A stretch of 63,194 nt of DNA, counting the filler, from Octopus bimaculoides (taxonomy: Eukaryota): assembly GCF_001194135.2 (NCBI RefSeq). It is 8 parts of 7 records of this genome, joined end to end, with 100 filler letters (N's around TTAATTAATTAA, not from the genome) between each part and the next. Parts side by side here need not be neighbours in the genome. Positions count along the whole stretch, not along the records: positions 17,896 to 33,232 come from NC_069000.1; positions 33,333 to 37,000 come from NC_068993.1; positions 37,101 to 53,030 come from NC_068989.1; 5 more parts are not named here. The stretch is one strand, 5' to 3'. Both the position numbers and the translations under genes were made by a program. Numbering within the stretch: position 1 is the stretch's first letter; every line of letters begins with the position of its first letter. Below, piece after piece: positions 26,771 through 40,320 of the stretch. Below the pieces are notes generated by a model, which made no database searches, was not told where the DNA came from, and saw nothing but the letters and a program-made list of their open reading frames with translations.

Positions 26771-27468
26771 ACATACATACAAACAGACAGACAAACATAC
26801 ATGCATACATACATACATACATACATACATAGATGCATACATACATACATACATACACGTATGTATGTATGTATGTATGTATGTATGTGCATATATGTCG
26901 ATTGCTAAGTAACGATCTGCGAAATCATTATGTTCGTAAAAACGTACATTAGTTCGATTTCGTTTCTTTGAATTACTATCTTTATCATCATCATCATCGT
27001 CGTCGTCGTCATCGTCGTCGTCGTCATCGTTGTAGTCGTCGTAATCATTATAGTTAATGAATTAACTTTCCGTGTGGATTCAAAACATCTCATAGCATGA
27101 GCCCAGGACAAAAGAGAAGATTTGTGGACATATTCCATTCATGCCAACTTTTGCTGCTCAACGCAGAATTGTTTGATCACTCCATGAACTGGTTTGTCAG
27201 AATCCTTTCGTCATCATTAATGAGTATGCAACGGTGGCAAAAGATTCTGGTGAGACAACTGATTGTTTTGATGAAACGATTGGTGAAACAAGCTATTAGT
27301 TAATTGGTTAATTAGTTAACCAGTTGACGAATAGCAACAAAAGAACGAAATACAATCAGTATGCGTATTTTTAGTGACAAAATGATCTTCCCAAGTAAAC
27401 TACACTCATACACTTGTGCGCGCACGAACGCGTACGTGCACACAAGATACGCAGACAAACACACCCAG

Positions 27469-27500
<32 letters not shown>

Positions 27501-27525
27501 CGCACGCACACACGCACACACACGC

Positions 27526-27556
<31 letters not shown>

Positions 27557-27877
27557 TACACACACACATACACACACATTAGTACGAACCCTGTTCTTGA
27601 CTGCTATTTTTTATGGACTCAGAAAGGATGGAAAGCAAAATTAATCTCGCCGAGAGTTTGAATTCAAGATTGAAAGATCCAGAACAGATAACTTAAGTTT
27701 CGCCCAACGATTCTGCTATTGACTAACATGAATGGATTCATATAAATATATAGCCTCATACCAGTAAGATATACGACAAGGTATGTCATTCTTCTCGGCA
27801 GACACTTTTGTTTGCATTTGATTTATAAATCGTTCGTCTTCATCGGTCAGTCCCACTGACACAAATATTCACACAAA

Positions 27878-27933
<56 letters not shown>

Positions 27934-28299
27934 TAAACACTCACGTTCACACGCATACAAAGGTTAACAAAGACATATTTTTCATTTAATGTCTACCATT
28001 TTGAAATCTTTAAGCTTTTGTTTAGATCGCTTAAAAATACATAACGACACACGAAACTCCATGCAAATTACCTCCCCCCCTCTACAAGATCCTGTAGTAA
28101 TTTAACAGGCGTTATTACTATAATCCTGGTTCATATAAATGCATAGTTTTCAGCAACATAAGAATTTGTTAAGCAGAACGCCTTACTATTTAAGAAGATA
28201 AAATTTTAAAATCTTTTGGAGCTCATGAATTAAATAGAACTATATGAAAGGAAGTGTGAGAGATAAATATGGGTGTGGTCATGCATTTTCCGGATAATT

Positions 28300-29170
28300 G
28301 TGGCTCGTTTCCAGATTGTTTTTCGGTATCTTCCGCTTAACTGTTTCTCTAAGCCTTTTTAGTATCCCGGTGCAACGGTTACTCTTTACGGTACTGCCAT
28401 ATTCCAGAATATCGAGAAGAATGAAGTCCTTGGAATTCCACCAAACATTCTGTTGCTCTTCAGTTGCTCTTCTGTTGCTCTTCAGTTGCTCTTCTGTTGC
28501 TCTTCAGTTGCTCTTCTGTTGCTCTTCAGTTGCTCTTCTGTTGCTCTTCAGTTTCTTGGACCTTGGAGAAGCGGTGTGATGCTATTCCATTGACTGAGCT
28601 TTCATTTTCTGATCATAAAGACATGGCCTAATTAGTGGCGGATTCATAGGCTTTAAACGCTACCAGTAGATCAGAACAGACTTCCAACATTCTCTGCTTA
28701 AAATCAACTTCTAGTTGCCGGGTACCTACTGTGCTCACACTTTCCAATAAGCAAAGTCTTCCACCGTCTTCTGTAATGCATTATGATCGCAGACCAATGG
28801 TCTCATAAATTTTGATTCATCTGTCACTGCGATTCAATTCATTCATTTTACAGGCGTTTCATGTCAACAGTCGCACTTGATGATCAACCACTGCATGGTT
28901 TGTATCTAATGCTGGTTCCATTCCCTTTAAACAGTCTTCTATCCGTGCACATTGTTCTTGCCAATGGTATTATCTCCATAAACAACATGTAGACTTGAGC
29001 GCATTTGAGCTCTTTCACCAAGAGGCTTGAGCGCATGCAACCCTCCTTCGCCAAGAAGTCAATGACGGTACTTCCTTCTGCATATAACCTCTTATTTGTC
29101 AGCACGTTCCTTCTGATTATAGCCTGTTATATGTCTGCAGTGAAGAACTGCTAAAAGAGATACTAAAGAA
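28300..29170 (-). mobile_element. Highly decayed mariner with an internal minisatellite
   Basis: Minus-strand fragments VIDFLAKEG (HTH), VCSDLLVAFKA and VWWNSKDFILLDILEYGSTV. DNA similarity to 42580-42610. Confidence 0.65.
28451..28549. repeat. 11-bp minisatellite, nine units alternating TGTTGCTCTTC and AGTTGCTCTTC
   Basis: Direct reading of the sequence. Confidence 0.92.
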
Positions 29171-29369
29171 GAGTTACTTTACCAAAATGAGCAATTTTAA
29201 CGACCTATAGCCGCTAATAACAATGTTATATTCGTTTTTGCATTACTCATGTTACAACACTCATGTAACATACACTTACATATATATGAATTCATACATA
29301 CACACGTGCACACATACATACACACATATACACGTATACACGTATATATTTGTTCATACGTATGTAATT

Positions 29370-29648
29370 GCATATGTATGTATGCATGCATGCATGTATG
29401 TATGTATGTATGTATGTATGCATGCATGTATGTATGTATGTATGTATGTATGTATGTATGCATGCATGTATGTATGTATGTATGTATGTATGTATGTATG
29501 TATGCATGTATGTATGTATGTATGTATGTATGTATGCATGCATGCATGTATGTATGTATGTATGTATGCATGCATGTATGTATGTATGTATGTATGTATG
29601 TATGTATGCATGTATGTATGTATGTATGTATGTATGTATGTATGTATG
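29370..29648. repeat. (TATG)n/(CATG) microsatellite
   Basis: Direct reading. Representative of many (AC)n, (TA)n, (ATAG)n, (ATAC)n and (TAG)n tracts in the window, e.g. 1127-1221, 19670-19749, 21700-22040, 36650-36710 and 41000-41082. Confidence 0.95.
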
Positions 29649-30726
29649 CTCTCTTCTATTTTATAAATATGTGAAATCTTTCTGTAAGAAAGGAGTTGGT
29701 TTCTAACAAAAATAAAAAACTCCATCGTTGGAATGTAGATAACAAAAACAACGTTACATTTTAAACTTGAGAAATGTCACGCATTAATGTTCCGCTTGCA
29801 GATTGTATTTGTAATGTGCAATTCAGTTGGTTGAATTTTTTTCTCTGAAAACCCTAGCTTATCCAGATTGTGACTTAGGTATTTACTCACAAACCAAGTG
29901 CATTAAATATGGATTAATAATCTGGGTATAGAAGATGAAGTTTCGATGCAGTTGTCTATATTTATCCCGTTTCTCTTCGATTTTCGAAGAGATATTTACA
30001 TCAACAGGGCAGCTGACCTCTGTGACAGTCCATACTTGTACCATTCTTCGTGTGAAACTGGAGAGACCATTAGTGCACGGGTTTTGTATTTGAGGTTTGA
30101 TTTTCCACTTTTACCAATCAAATACGAGTACTTCTTCTCGCCGTATTTTGGCATCGTAATAATTTTAATTATTCTTAGTATAGGTCGTTTAGTCATTACC
30201 AAAGAAATTTCTATCTAGCAGTTCTTGCAAACACTAACATGTAAAAATAAAAATAAAATAAAATAAAAAGAGAACGGATTTAATGCAAAAATAAATAGGA
30301 TTTCAGAAAGACTATCTTTTTGGAATACTCCCTTAAAAATGTTTCTAACCTAAAATCAGACACGATCGTCCCCTGTTGTAAAGGTTAGTTGCAAATACGT
30401 ATGTATGTTAACACACACATAAACATATATATATTATACATACATACATACATATATATATATATATACACACACACACATGTATATCTGGGTACAGGAC
30501 GTCACCAACGGTAAACAACATGAAATACGAAAACAATGAGTTCAATATGCAAANNNNNNNNNNNNNNNNNNNNNNNNNNNNNNNNNNNNNNNNNNNNNNN
30601 NNNNNNNNNNNNNNNNNNNNNNNNNNNNNNNNNNNNNNNNNNNNNNNNNNNNATATATATATATATCTATATATATATATATATATAATATATATACATA
30701 TTTACATACATATATATATATATATA

Positions 30727-31395
30727 CACACACACACATGTATATCTGGGTACAGGACGTCACCAACGGTAAACAACATGAAATACGAAAACAATGAGTT
30801 CAATATGCAAACAATGAGAGAAACAAATGGAAAACAGGACAAGTAACATAAAGAACGACCCTTCATCAATTGTCGGCTCCTCATTTCTCATTATCTACTC
30901 ATTTCGGGCATTGAACGACCATATGAATCTTCGAAGACAGTTGCTCCCATAAGTACCAAAATAAAATTTGGGATTTATGCGGGGTCAAAGTTGGGAACAA
31001 AAACAGGACAGTGGAGACATACAAGGAAACCGAACGAAAACAAACAAGGAGGTTCGTTAGACCAGAACGAGGGGGAAATATTTTCTTTGACAAAAGAAAG
31101 GATAGAAGACAGAGATATAGGAGAGGACAGTCCTGAAAGAAAAGAAAGATGATCACGTGAGGAAAAGAAATATGGCCGATGGTCACATGTAAGCAATTCG
31201 AAGACTGATATTGTCGTTCAATGCTCGAAATGAGGAGTAGATTGACAGCCGACAACTGATGAAGGGTCGTTCTTTATGTTACTTGTCCTGTTTTTCATTT
31301 ATTTCTCTCGTTGTTTGCGTATTGAACTCATTGTTTTCATATTTCATGTTGCTTACTGTTGGTGACGTCCTGTACCCATATATGCATGTGTGTGT
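30727..31395. mobile_element. Foldback repeat: about 200-bp inverted arms around a 261-bp core
   Basis: 30727-30935 is the reverse complement of 31197-31395. Core plus one arm recurs at 43640-44050. Confidence 0.8.
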
Positions 31396-31474
31396 CTATA
31401 TATATGCATATTTATATTATTTATATTATTATTTGATTGAACGCCACGCATCCATTTCTAAGTAAGTATACTCT

Positions 31475-31805
31475 TATACTCTTTTACTGGTTTCAGTCAT
31501 TTGACTGTGGCCATGCTGGAGCACCGCCTTTAGTCCAGCAAATCGACACAAGGACTTATTCTTTGGAAGCCTAGTACTTATTCTATCGGTCTCTTTTGCC
31601 GAACCGCTAAGTTACGGGGACATAAACACACCAGCATCGGTTGTCAAGCGATGTTGGGGGGACAAACACAGACATACAAACACATACACACATACATATA
31701 TATATATACATATATACGACAGGCTTCTTTCAGTTTCCGTCTACCAAATCCACTCACAAGGCTTTGGTCGGCCCGAGGCTATAGTAGAAGACACTTGCCC
31801 AAGAT
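31475..31805 (-). mobile_element. tRNA-derived SINE (same family as 6030-6415), cut by gap
   Basis: In-window similarity along the whole length. Confidence 0.8.
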
Positions 31806-32237
31806 NNNNNNNNNNNNNNNNNNNNNNNNNNNNNNNNNNNNNNNNNNNNNNNNNNNNNNNNNNNNNNNNNNNNNNNNNNNNNNNNNNNNNNNNNNNNNNN
31901 NNNNNNNNNNNNNNNNNNNNNNNNNNNNNNNNNNNNNNNNNNNNNNNNNNNNNNNNNNNNNNNNNNNNNNNNNNNNNNNNNNNNNNNNNNNNNNNNNNNN
32001 NNNNNNNNNNNNNNNNNNNNNNNNNNNNNNNNNNNNNNNNNNNNNNNNNNNNNNNNNNNNNNNNNNNNNNNNNNNNNNNNNNNNNNNNNNNNNNNNNNNN
32101 NNNNNNNNNNNNNNNNNNNNNNNNNNNNNNNNNNNNNNNNNNNNNNNNNNNNNNNNNNNNNNNNNNNNNNNNNNNNNNNNNNNNNNNNNNNNNNNNNNNN
32201 NNNNNNNNNNNNNNNNNNNNNNNNNNNNNNNNNNNNN

Positions 32238-32302
<65 letters not shown>

Positions 32303-33189
32303 ATGTGTTAGCGATAGGAAGAAATGACGATGGGAAAGATGGAGTGGAAAGGAAATAGAAAGAAGAGGAGGAAACAAGAATAAGATAGACAAAAAATTAT
32401 GAGGGACAGAGAAAATGTGAAATAGATATATAGTAGGAAGGAATATAGTAAGAAACATACTGAGAAATGCAGTCAGATAAAAATGTTAGTGAGCTTGAGA
32501 TACATAGATTAGACGAGAGGGAGGGGGAAGAGTGAAAAAGGGAGAAAGAGAAAGAGTGGGAAAGGTAAAGAGAAAAAGAGATCCAAAGTATAAGAAATAA
32601 AAGCGCGCGGCTATCTATTTTCAAAAACTGTTATCAACGAAGGCGGGGTTTAAGTGAAGAGTGAAGCAAGCTGCCATTGGCTGGTTTGATGGCGCGACTT
32701 AGATTTTTAGCTGACATATGTCCTTACTCTGCCAGATTTGACATAGATTTATGACCTCGCCAGAAGCTTATAGTTTGGCTCTTTTCATACTTTAATATCA
32801 CATAGGAACTCAGACAGAGAAAAGGAAGCAGAAAGAGAAAGAAAGAGAAATAGAGAGAGAGAGAGGGGGAGAGAGAGGGTGGAAGACAGACAGACAGTCA
32901 GAAAGGAAAGAAAGAGAAAACTAGACAGGCTAATAGGTAAAAAGGAAGGCGCATATAAACAACACTCAACCACATACGCACGCACAAACACAAACACATT
33001 CACGAAAAAATGTCTATATATAGTTCAGAAGTAGAATAAATTGGTTTCCCGTGGGGAATGAGAAAAAAAGTCGAACGTTTCGGTTAAGATACTTCGTCGG
33101 GGAGTAACGTTTCCTGTCTAACAATACAGAATATATAGATCGAGTAGTGATGTACGTGTGCGCGCGCACGTACAATGGTAGCCGGTGAA

Positions 33190-33232
<43 letters not shown>

Positions 33233-33334
33233 NNNNNNNNNNNNNNNNNNNNNNNNNNNNNNNNNNNNNNNNNNNNTTAATTAATTAANNNNNNNNNNNN
33301 NNNNNNNNNNNNNNNNNNNNNNNNNNNNNNNNAT

Positions 33335-33371
<37 letters not shown>

Positions 33372-33852
33372 CACATACATGTAAAGACACACGGATATAC
33401 ATACATATGGATATGTAAGTATCTTTGCACATTACACACTAATTCTGAATACGCATACCAACACTTGTGATGCGTGGTAGTATCATGCGCAGTGGATTAT
33501 ATTGCAACACTGAACAAAACTATGCATGTTTAATTACTGAAGTTATACGTCCTGTCTACGCAGAGTATTTAAATATCCATGAATTATTTGTCAACGTCTG
33601 ATCATTACGTTTATTCTTGGTTTAAAACTTTCTTCGTGAAGGAGACATATCAGAAACAAGAATTATTCAACGATGAATGACATTCTTATAGAAACGGCTT
33701 TATAAATACTTCTCAAAACTTCCCTTTCTGTGATTATAAGATATCATTATGAATCCACCGTTTTGATGATGATTTATATCCAAATACACACACTGCACGC
33801 GAACACATAGACGCATAGACGTACATACGCAAGTACACAATCACACACACAT

Positions 33853-33907
<55 letters not shown>

Positions 33908-33929
33908 AGCATACATACATATAGATAGT

Positions 33930-33962
<33 letters not shown>

Positions 33963-34114
33963 TGATAGATAGATGAGTAGATAGATACCTACATAGGTAC
34001 GTATATATAACTATATATATATGCATATACATATATATATTTATATTTATATATATACTTATATATCTATACATATAAAGATATATATTTATTTATATAT
34101 ACTTACATATATAC

Positions 34115-34148
<34 letters not shown>

Positions 34149-36659
34149 TAATATACTAATATATATAGAAGTATATATATAAATATATATGTATAGATCT
34201 GTGTATATGTGTGTATGCGCGTGTGTGTTAGTTTATGCGAAGAACGAGAGAGTATATTGACTTGATAAGGAGAAGCATCAGTTTTAGAGAGAATGGAAAA
34301 ATAAATAGAAGAGCTATGATATAGAAAAAGAGAAAAATATAACAGATGGCAGAAAAAATGAAGAGAAATATTCTTAAGAATGAAACATTATATAATGTTA
34401 TATTTGCTACGTGACTTACATGCTTTTACCAGAGATAATTCTGTTGTCCACTTCAAAACAATACTAACATTTCCTGAAGGATTTTGAAGTAGTTTTGCTC
34501 CATGACAATTAGAATAACAACTGATGCGCTCTTCTCCTCACAGAAAATCAAGCACATTCGAAACAGTCAATGTATCCTATGCATTTCTAATGCCGTCAGC
34601 AACTAAAGAGTGTTTATATTTACTGACAGATTGAATAAATGTGTAGAACAGTACATGCGTATACAAATAGCTGGATAGTTATAGACGTTCTGAGGGTATG
34701 AAAAAACAAAAAAACAAAATAAAACAACTCAAATTTTTATTAAGCATCTCTCAATTAAATAATCAACTTAATAAAATACACACAGGCACACAGAGAAAGA
34801 TAGTTACAGCACACATACACACTAGTATTCGTGTATTTTTCTGCACACTTATACTGAAGTATTAGTATCCAGGGTACTCTACTTAAGTGTAAGCTTCTGT
34901 ATTTAAGATTAAGCAATATTATAAGTTGACCTTCTGGATATATATAGATATTGTTGACTGTAATACAAGATCATCAACATTCTAAAACAATTACAATTTC
35001 GTCGTATTCCTATTAAATTTATTAAAAATACCTTCAAAATTTTCAGAATTTCAGAGTAAAGCAAATTCAGATTTAATTTGTTCCTTCAGCAACACTATCG
35101 TACACTGTCGAGTTATCTAAGAACACCCCATCCCCTCCCCAGCCGTAAATTAGTGAGATCTTGCCGAGATTAGAAATTGAAATTGTAGCAAGCGTTCAGA
35201 AGTATGTATATACGTATATCTGTATATTATGGTGTACATTAGCGAAAAACCGTCATCTCTAGCGTTTGAGAATCCATCATTGACAAGACCAAGGAAAGTC
35301 ACAATCAACTTAAGTTGCTGATCTCAGTGTTGGATGTGACAGAAATTTATCTCCCCGCTAACGATTTAAACAAGAATGTATTTTGAAAAAGCAGCCAATA
35401 TGAGAGTTTCTCTCATGGTACCAACCGCAGCATAGCTTGTTTTAACAGAACATCTATGTTTCAGTGGAGATAAATATTACCTCTCGGTATCTTATAGTAT
35501 TTTCCATACCCGTGTAAACTCTTGAATAAATAAAATTATCTACGCTCAGGCACACGGAAGCAGTGCTACTCAACCACTTTGTCCAACACCGCACATCGAT
35601 TATCCAAGAACCACCTTTGCGCCTAAACGTAAATGAACAAAACTACATAATATGTATCATCTTGCAGTCGTGATCTAAGTGTTCTCCTTACGTTTAGGGG
35701 TCGGTTTGCCAAGAATCTGCGCCCCCTTTGCATTGTGCTCCACGAACACAATCAGCCAGGTCTTGTTTCTAGCCCATTCTTTGACTCTATGATGTTCCCA
35801 ATCCATAAACATTGCGCAATTTGTCCAACATGGTAACAATTTTGCCAGCTGGCCGCCTGAACAATGATAACAACAACAACAACAAAAACAACAGTAACAA
35901 CGATAATAATAATCCTTTCTATTATTGGCACAAAGTCTGAAAAATTGGGGTAAGGGAACTAGTCGATTACATCGACCCCAGATATTGACTGATACTGATT
36001 TTATCGACCCGAAAGGACGAAAAGCAAAGTCGACTGAGGCCGAATTTGTACTCAGAACGTAAAGACGGACTAAATTCCCGATAAGCATTTTGTCCGGCAT
36101 GCTAGCAATTCTGCCACCTCCTCCTTAGAAGCAGCAGTAACGACAAGAAGAACAACAACCACGACAACAATATCTTCTACATAAGGAAGAAGACCTGAAA
36201 TTGATCACATCGACCGCAATGTGCAACTGTTGTTTATTTCATCGACCCCGAAGAATAAAAGGCAAAGTTGACCTCTGCGGAATTTGAAATCGGAACGTAA
36301 AGACTTGCAAAATGATGATAAGCATTCTATCCGGCGTGCTAATGATTCTGCCAGCTCACTAGCTTAATGATAATTATAATAATGAAACAATAATAATTTA
36401 TTCACAGTAGTAACAGCAACTATTTATTTGTTTATTTATTCTTCTTGTAATTATTATTAGTAGCAAAATGGCACGTCAGACAAAATGTTTAGCAGCGTTT
36501 CGTCCGTTCAGTATAGATAAGTACCAGTTGAGCAGGGGGGTCAATATCGTCGACAAACCCTTTGACACTAACTTGCGCCAATGTTATCATTATTATTATT
36601 ATTATTATTCCTATTACTATTATTAGTATTATTATTATTAATATTAGTAGTAGTAGTAT

Positions 36660-36698
<39 letters not shown>

Positions 36699-36967
36699 CA
36701 GTAGTAGTAAAGCCTCGAGATGGCAGAATCCCTAGCGTCTTCTGACAATAGGACAAAATGTTAAGCGACGTTCCTTCCCTTCGCGTTTTGATGAGATTGA
36801 CAAGTCCTGACGAGATCGAAACGACTTTACCTTTCACTCTGTCTAGATCGATGAAAAAAAGTTAACAACTACTTGAGCATTGGGAGGATTGATATAATTG
36901 ATTTTACCCCCTGTCCCTCGTTTTGCACGACTGTTTGCCTGAATTAGAAACCACCAGCAGCAGCAGC

Positions 36968-37000
<33 letters not shown>

Positions 37001-37556
37001 NNNNNNNNNNNNNNNNNNNNNNNNNNNNNNNNNNNNNNNNNNNNTTAATTAATTAANNNNNNNNNNNNNNNNNNNNNNNNNNNNNNNNNNNNNNNNNNNN
37101 TGCATCAACATCTTCTGCCCAATCTGATAGAATTCTGGCAAAACTGTGTACCAACAGATAGCCAGCAATTGCTTCATCAGAAATTGCCGTCCTAGCTCCT
37201 GCGAAAAGGGATTACTCTGCTATGTATAATCAGGGCAGCGCAAAAAGTTGTTTTGCACAAGCATTTCTATAGCCAATTAGACGGATGAAATTTACGTACG
37301 CTTAATAATGTTACGCAAAACAGCCTTCAGACTTTCCCTATTAATTTCATCGTCCTTTGAATTATGAACATATTTACATCATAAGGCTTTTTTCGTCGTA
37401 AGGCTTTCTTTTTTAGTTGATTTTCACCTAGCAAGACTTATCGTAGATGGCGTAATAAGTCACACCCGGACAAGGTCGGGTTATACTGCTAGTGCTTAAT
37501 AAAAACTGATATACTTTACGTATATAACGTTTCGCCCAGCGTGCTAACGTTTCTGC

Positions 37557-37815
37557 TGGCGAGCTGGCAGAAACGTTAACACGCCGGGCGAAATGCTTAG
37601 CGGTATTTCGTCTGTCTTTGCGTTTTGAGTTCAAATTCCGCCGAGGTCGACTTTGCCTTTAATCCTTTCGGGGTCGACTTTGCCTTTCATCCTTTCGGGT
37701 CGATAAATTAAGTACCGGTTACGCACTGGAGTCGATGTAATCGACTTAATCCCTTTGTCTGTTCTTGTTTGTCCCTTCTATGTTTAGCCCCTTGTGGGCA
37801 ATAAAGAAATAAGAA
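37557..37815 (+). mobile_element. tRNA-derived SINE with internal 27-bp tandem duplication
   Basis: tggcgagctggcagaaacg...gagttcaaattccgccgaggtcgac...aataaagaaataagaa. The gtcgactttgccttt(a/c)atcctttcgg unit is doubled at 37646 and 37673. Confidence 0.82.
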
Positions 37816-39357
37816 ACTTATATACTTTACGTCGCAATAATTAATTACCAATTTATTTATTTAATATAATAAGCCCTTCTATAGGAATTAACCTTAGAGG
37901 CCAGTAGAATAAGTACTAGGCTTATGAAGAGTAAGTCCTGGAATCGATTTCTCCGACTAAAACCTTTTTAAGGCATCGCTCCAGCATGGTTGCAGTCATG
38001 AAACAAGTAAAAAAAATAGCTAAATAAGATTTGGCTAAAAACCTTGTAGTATATTATGCAAAACTCGTCCACAGTTTTTGGTTACCTGATGTCATCATAC
38101 AGTGGAAATGCTTTTGCTACTGGATGTACATCAGGAATTCTATCGTATGCATAGATAAGTGATAGAAAATGGAGTAAGCGATATTCTTTATTTAAAATCA
38201 CTACAATTGTTTCACTGCACTTTTACACCCGTAGTACATTGATGAGATGTTATGTAATCATTGTGATCTATCCAAGGTGTAAAATGCGCCATCTCAGATC
38301 ATTGTTTAAATAAGTCTTTCGTAAGATCTTATAGTAATTTCACTCGGTGTGAGAATGCATACGCAAAGCAATGTGTTATTTACAGTTTACAGACAAAACT
38401 AAACCTGTAGATATAATGACAGACAAAATACAGTTTTAATCAAAATCAAAATATAGAAATAAAGAAATGGACGAAAAAAGGGCCGACTTGACTATAAATT
38501 ACAATTCTATCTTTCTGGTCTGATTATAAGGAAGAAAGTGCAAAGCTGAAGGATAAAATTAAGCGTTCAGAGATAATAAAGTGATAAAGTGATGAAGACT
38601 GAAAGTTTATGTGCTTATCAAATGTTTCTTTGTTTCTTTATAGGATCTAAATTACCCTCTGCCTTTCGCGACAAAACAACTGACTCCATTCTTCATTTGA
38701 ATCAGCTGCTATTTAAAGTTAATTGATTGCCCTCTAGCTTTTATCTCGTTTTTGAAACAATTAGGAAAATAAGTTGGTGGGTGTATTCACCCCACTCCCC
38801 ACCCCACCCCGTAGACATCTATATTCTTTCATATACCCTTCCACAAGGTAGTGTATAGAGTTTTATATACACACACAAACACATATCTATTTATATAGAC
38901 ATACATGTATGCTTCTTACATATATTCTTTCTATTTTTATTGTTTATAAAGGCGCTAGCGTGGCGGTTTGATACGAAGTTTGCTTCCCAACCACAGTATG
39001 GCCACAATCTAAATACTGAAACAGGTAAAAGATAATAAATTTTTAAAAAGATATCAATATTAATTTCTGTAGGGTTAAAAATCTACCCACATACAAAGTA
39101 GTGCGTACATTTTTATATATACACACGTATCATNNNNNNNNNNNNNNNNNNNNNNNNNNNNNNNNNNNNNNNNNNNNNNNNNNNNNNNNNNNNNNNNNNN
39201 NNNNNNNNNNNNNNNNNNNNNNNNNNNNNNNNNNNNNNNNNNNNNNNNNNNNTATATATATAGGGTGAGAATTCACAAAAAAAACAACAAAAGACGAAGA
39301 CAGGTGGTGTAGACAACAAACAGATGTATTAGTTTAACAATCGGGAAGTGAAAAAGT

Positions 39358-39393
39358 CTTTAACGTTTCGAGCCTACGCTCTTCCACAGAAAG
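39358..39393 (-). ncRNA. Minimal hammerhead-like motif with A6 substitution
   Basis: CTTT-CTGTGGA-A-GAGC-GTAG-GCTC-GAAA-CG-TT-AAAG inside a repeat (39260-39480) that abuts (TA)n. Confidence 0.5.
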
Positions 39394-40273
39394 GAACACA
39401 GAAAGAAACAAGGAGAGAAAATAAAGAACGTCTAGTGGCTAGCAATCTATCATGGCGAATGCCGGACAGAAGGGTCACACAGGAGTTCTAGGAAGAAGGG
39501 GAGCTAATAAAGTAGTGTTGATCCCAAAACAAAGGTGCGCGTGCGTGTGTATAGGACAGTATGCATGTGCGTGTGGAAGAGGGCAGGTAACCTTGACGTG
39601 TGCATGTGTGTATGTGTAGGTGTGAAAATGTGGGGCTGGGAAGTGGTCAGTGCTAGTGTGTGGGTGGTGATGTGATGTAATTTGATGTGTTGTGTGGTAT
39701 GGTGGTGTATGATGTAGTGGTGTGTGGTGTGATGTGATGGTGTTGAGAGGTGGGGAGGCGAGAGTGGGGAAAACAAGGGTGGGGTGTGGGTTAGGTTGAA
39801 TGTGGGAGTAGGGGTAGGTGTGAGGGTAGGGGTAGGGGTAGGGGGTATGTCTATATATGAATAGTAGCTTTCTCTCCGTAATTCGCAAAGCCTTTCGGAT
39901 TTGTTTATAAAAATATTATTTATGTAGTATCAAGACAGTTTAAGTATATATTGACTAAATTTGACTGAAATTGATGGGTGAGCATTTGGCCAATCAGATT
40001 CGCAAGGAGCCATGAAAGCGTCGAATTGTGAGTTCGATTCACCCTGAGGTTAGCTTGTAGGTACAGTGCGATGCGAGGTGAGGGGAATGGCTCCATAGCA
40101 CATCACACAGTCCTTACAATAAATATAAATTGAATAATATATATATAAGTGCTAAAGGAAAAGGGGAGACAACCGCATAGAATTTTAAGGGAACATTTAT
40201 TGATATGTAAACATGGATGTCTGTGTGTGCGTCATGTATACAGAATAATAGACAGGCCGTCATGAGAACAAAA

Positions 40274-40320
<47 letters not shown>

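Noticed and set aside
29197-29725. Many long ORFs of the MYVC/HTYI/CVCV type here and throughout the track
   Set aside because: Translations of stop-free microsatellites or of N runs, not genes.
33074-33102. Minus-strand CCGACGAAG...CCGAAACGTT hammerhead-like string
   Set aside because: U4 is substituted, stem II has 2 bp and stem I does not pair. Possibly a relic but not supportable.
36802-36827. CTGACGA-GATC-GAAAC as a hammerhead
   Set aside because: No stem II, no UH triplet, and it aligns to a decayed SINE segment (gaggtcgactttgcc).
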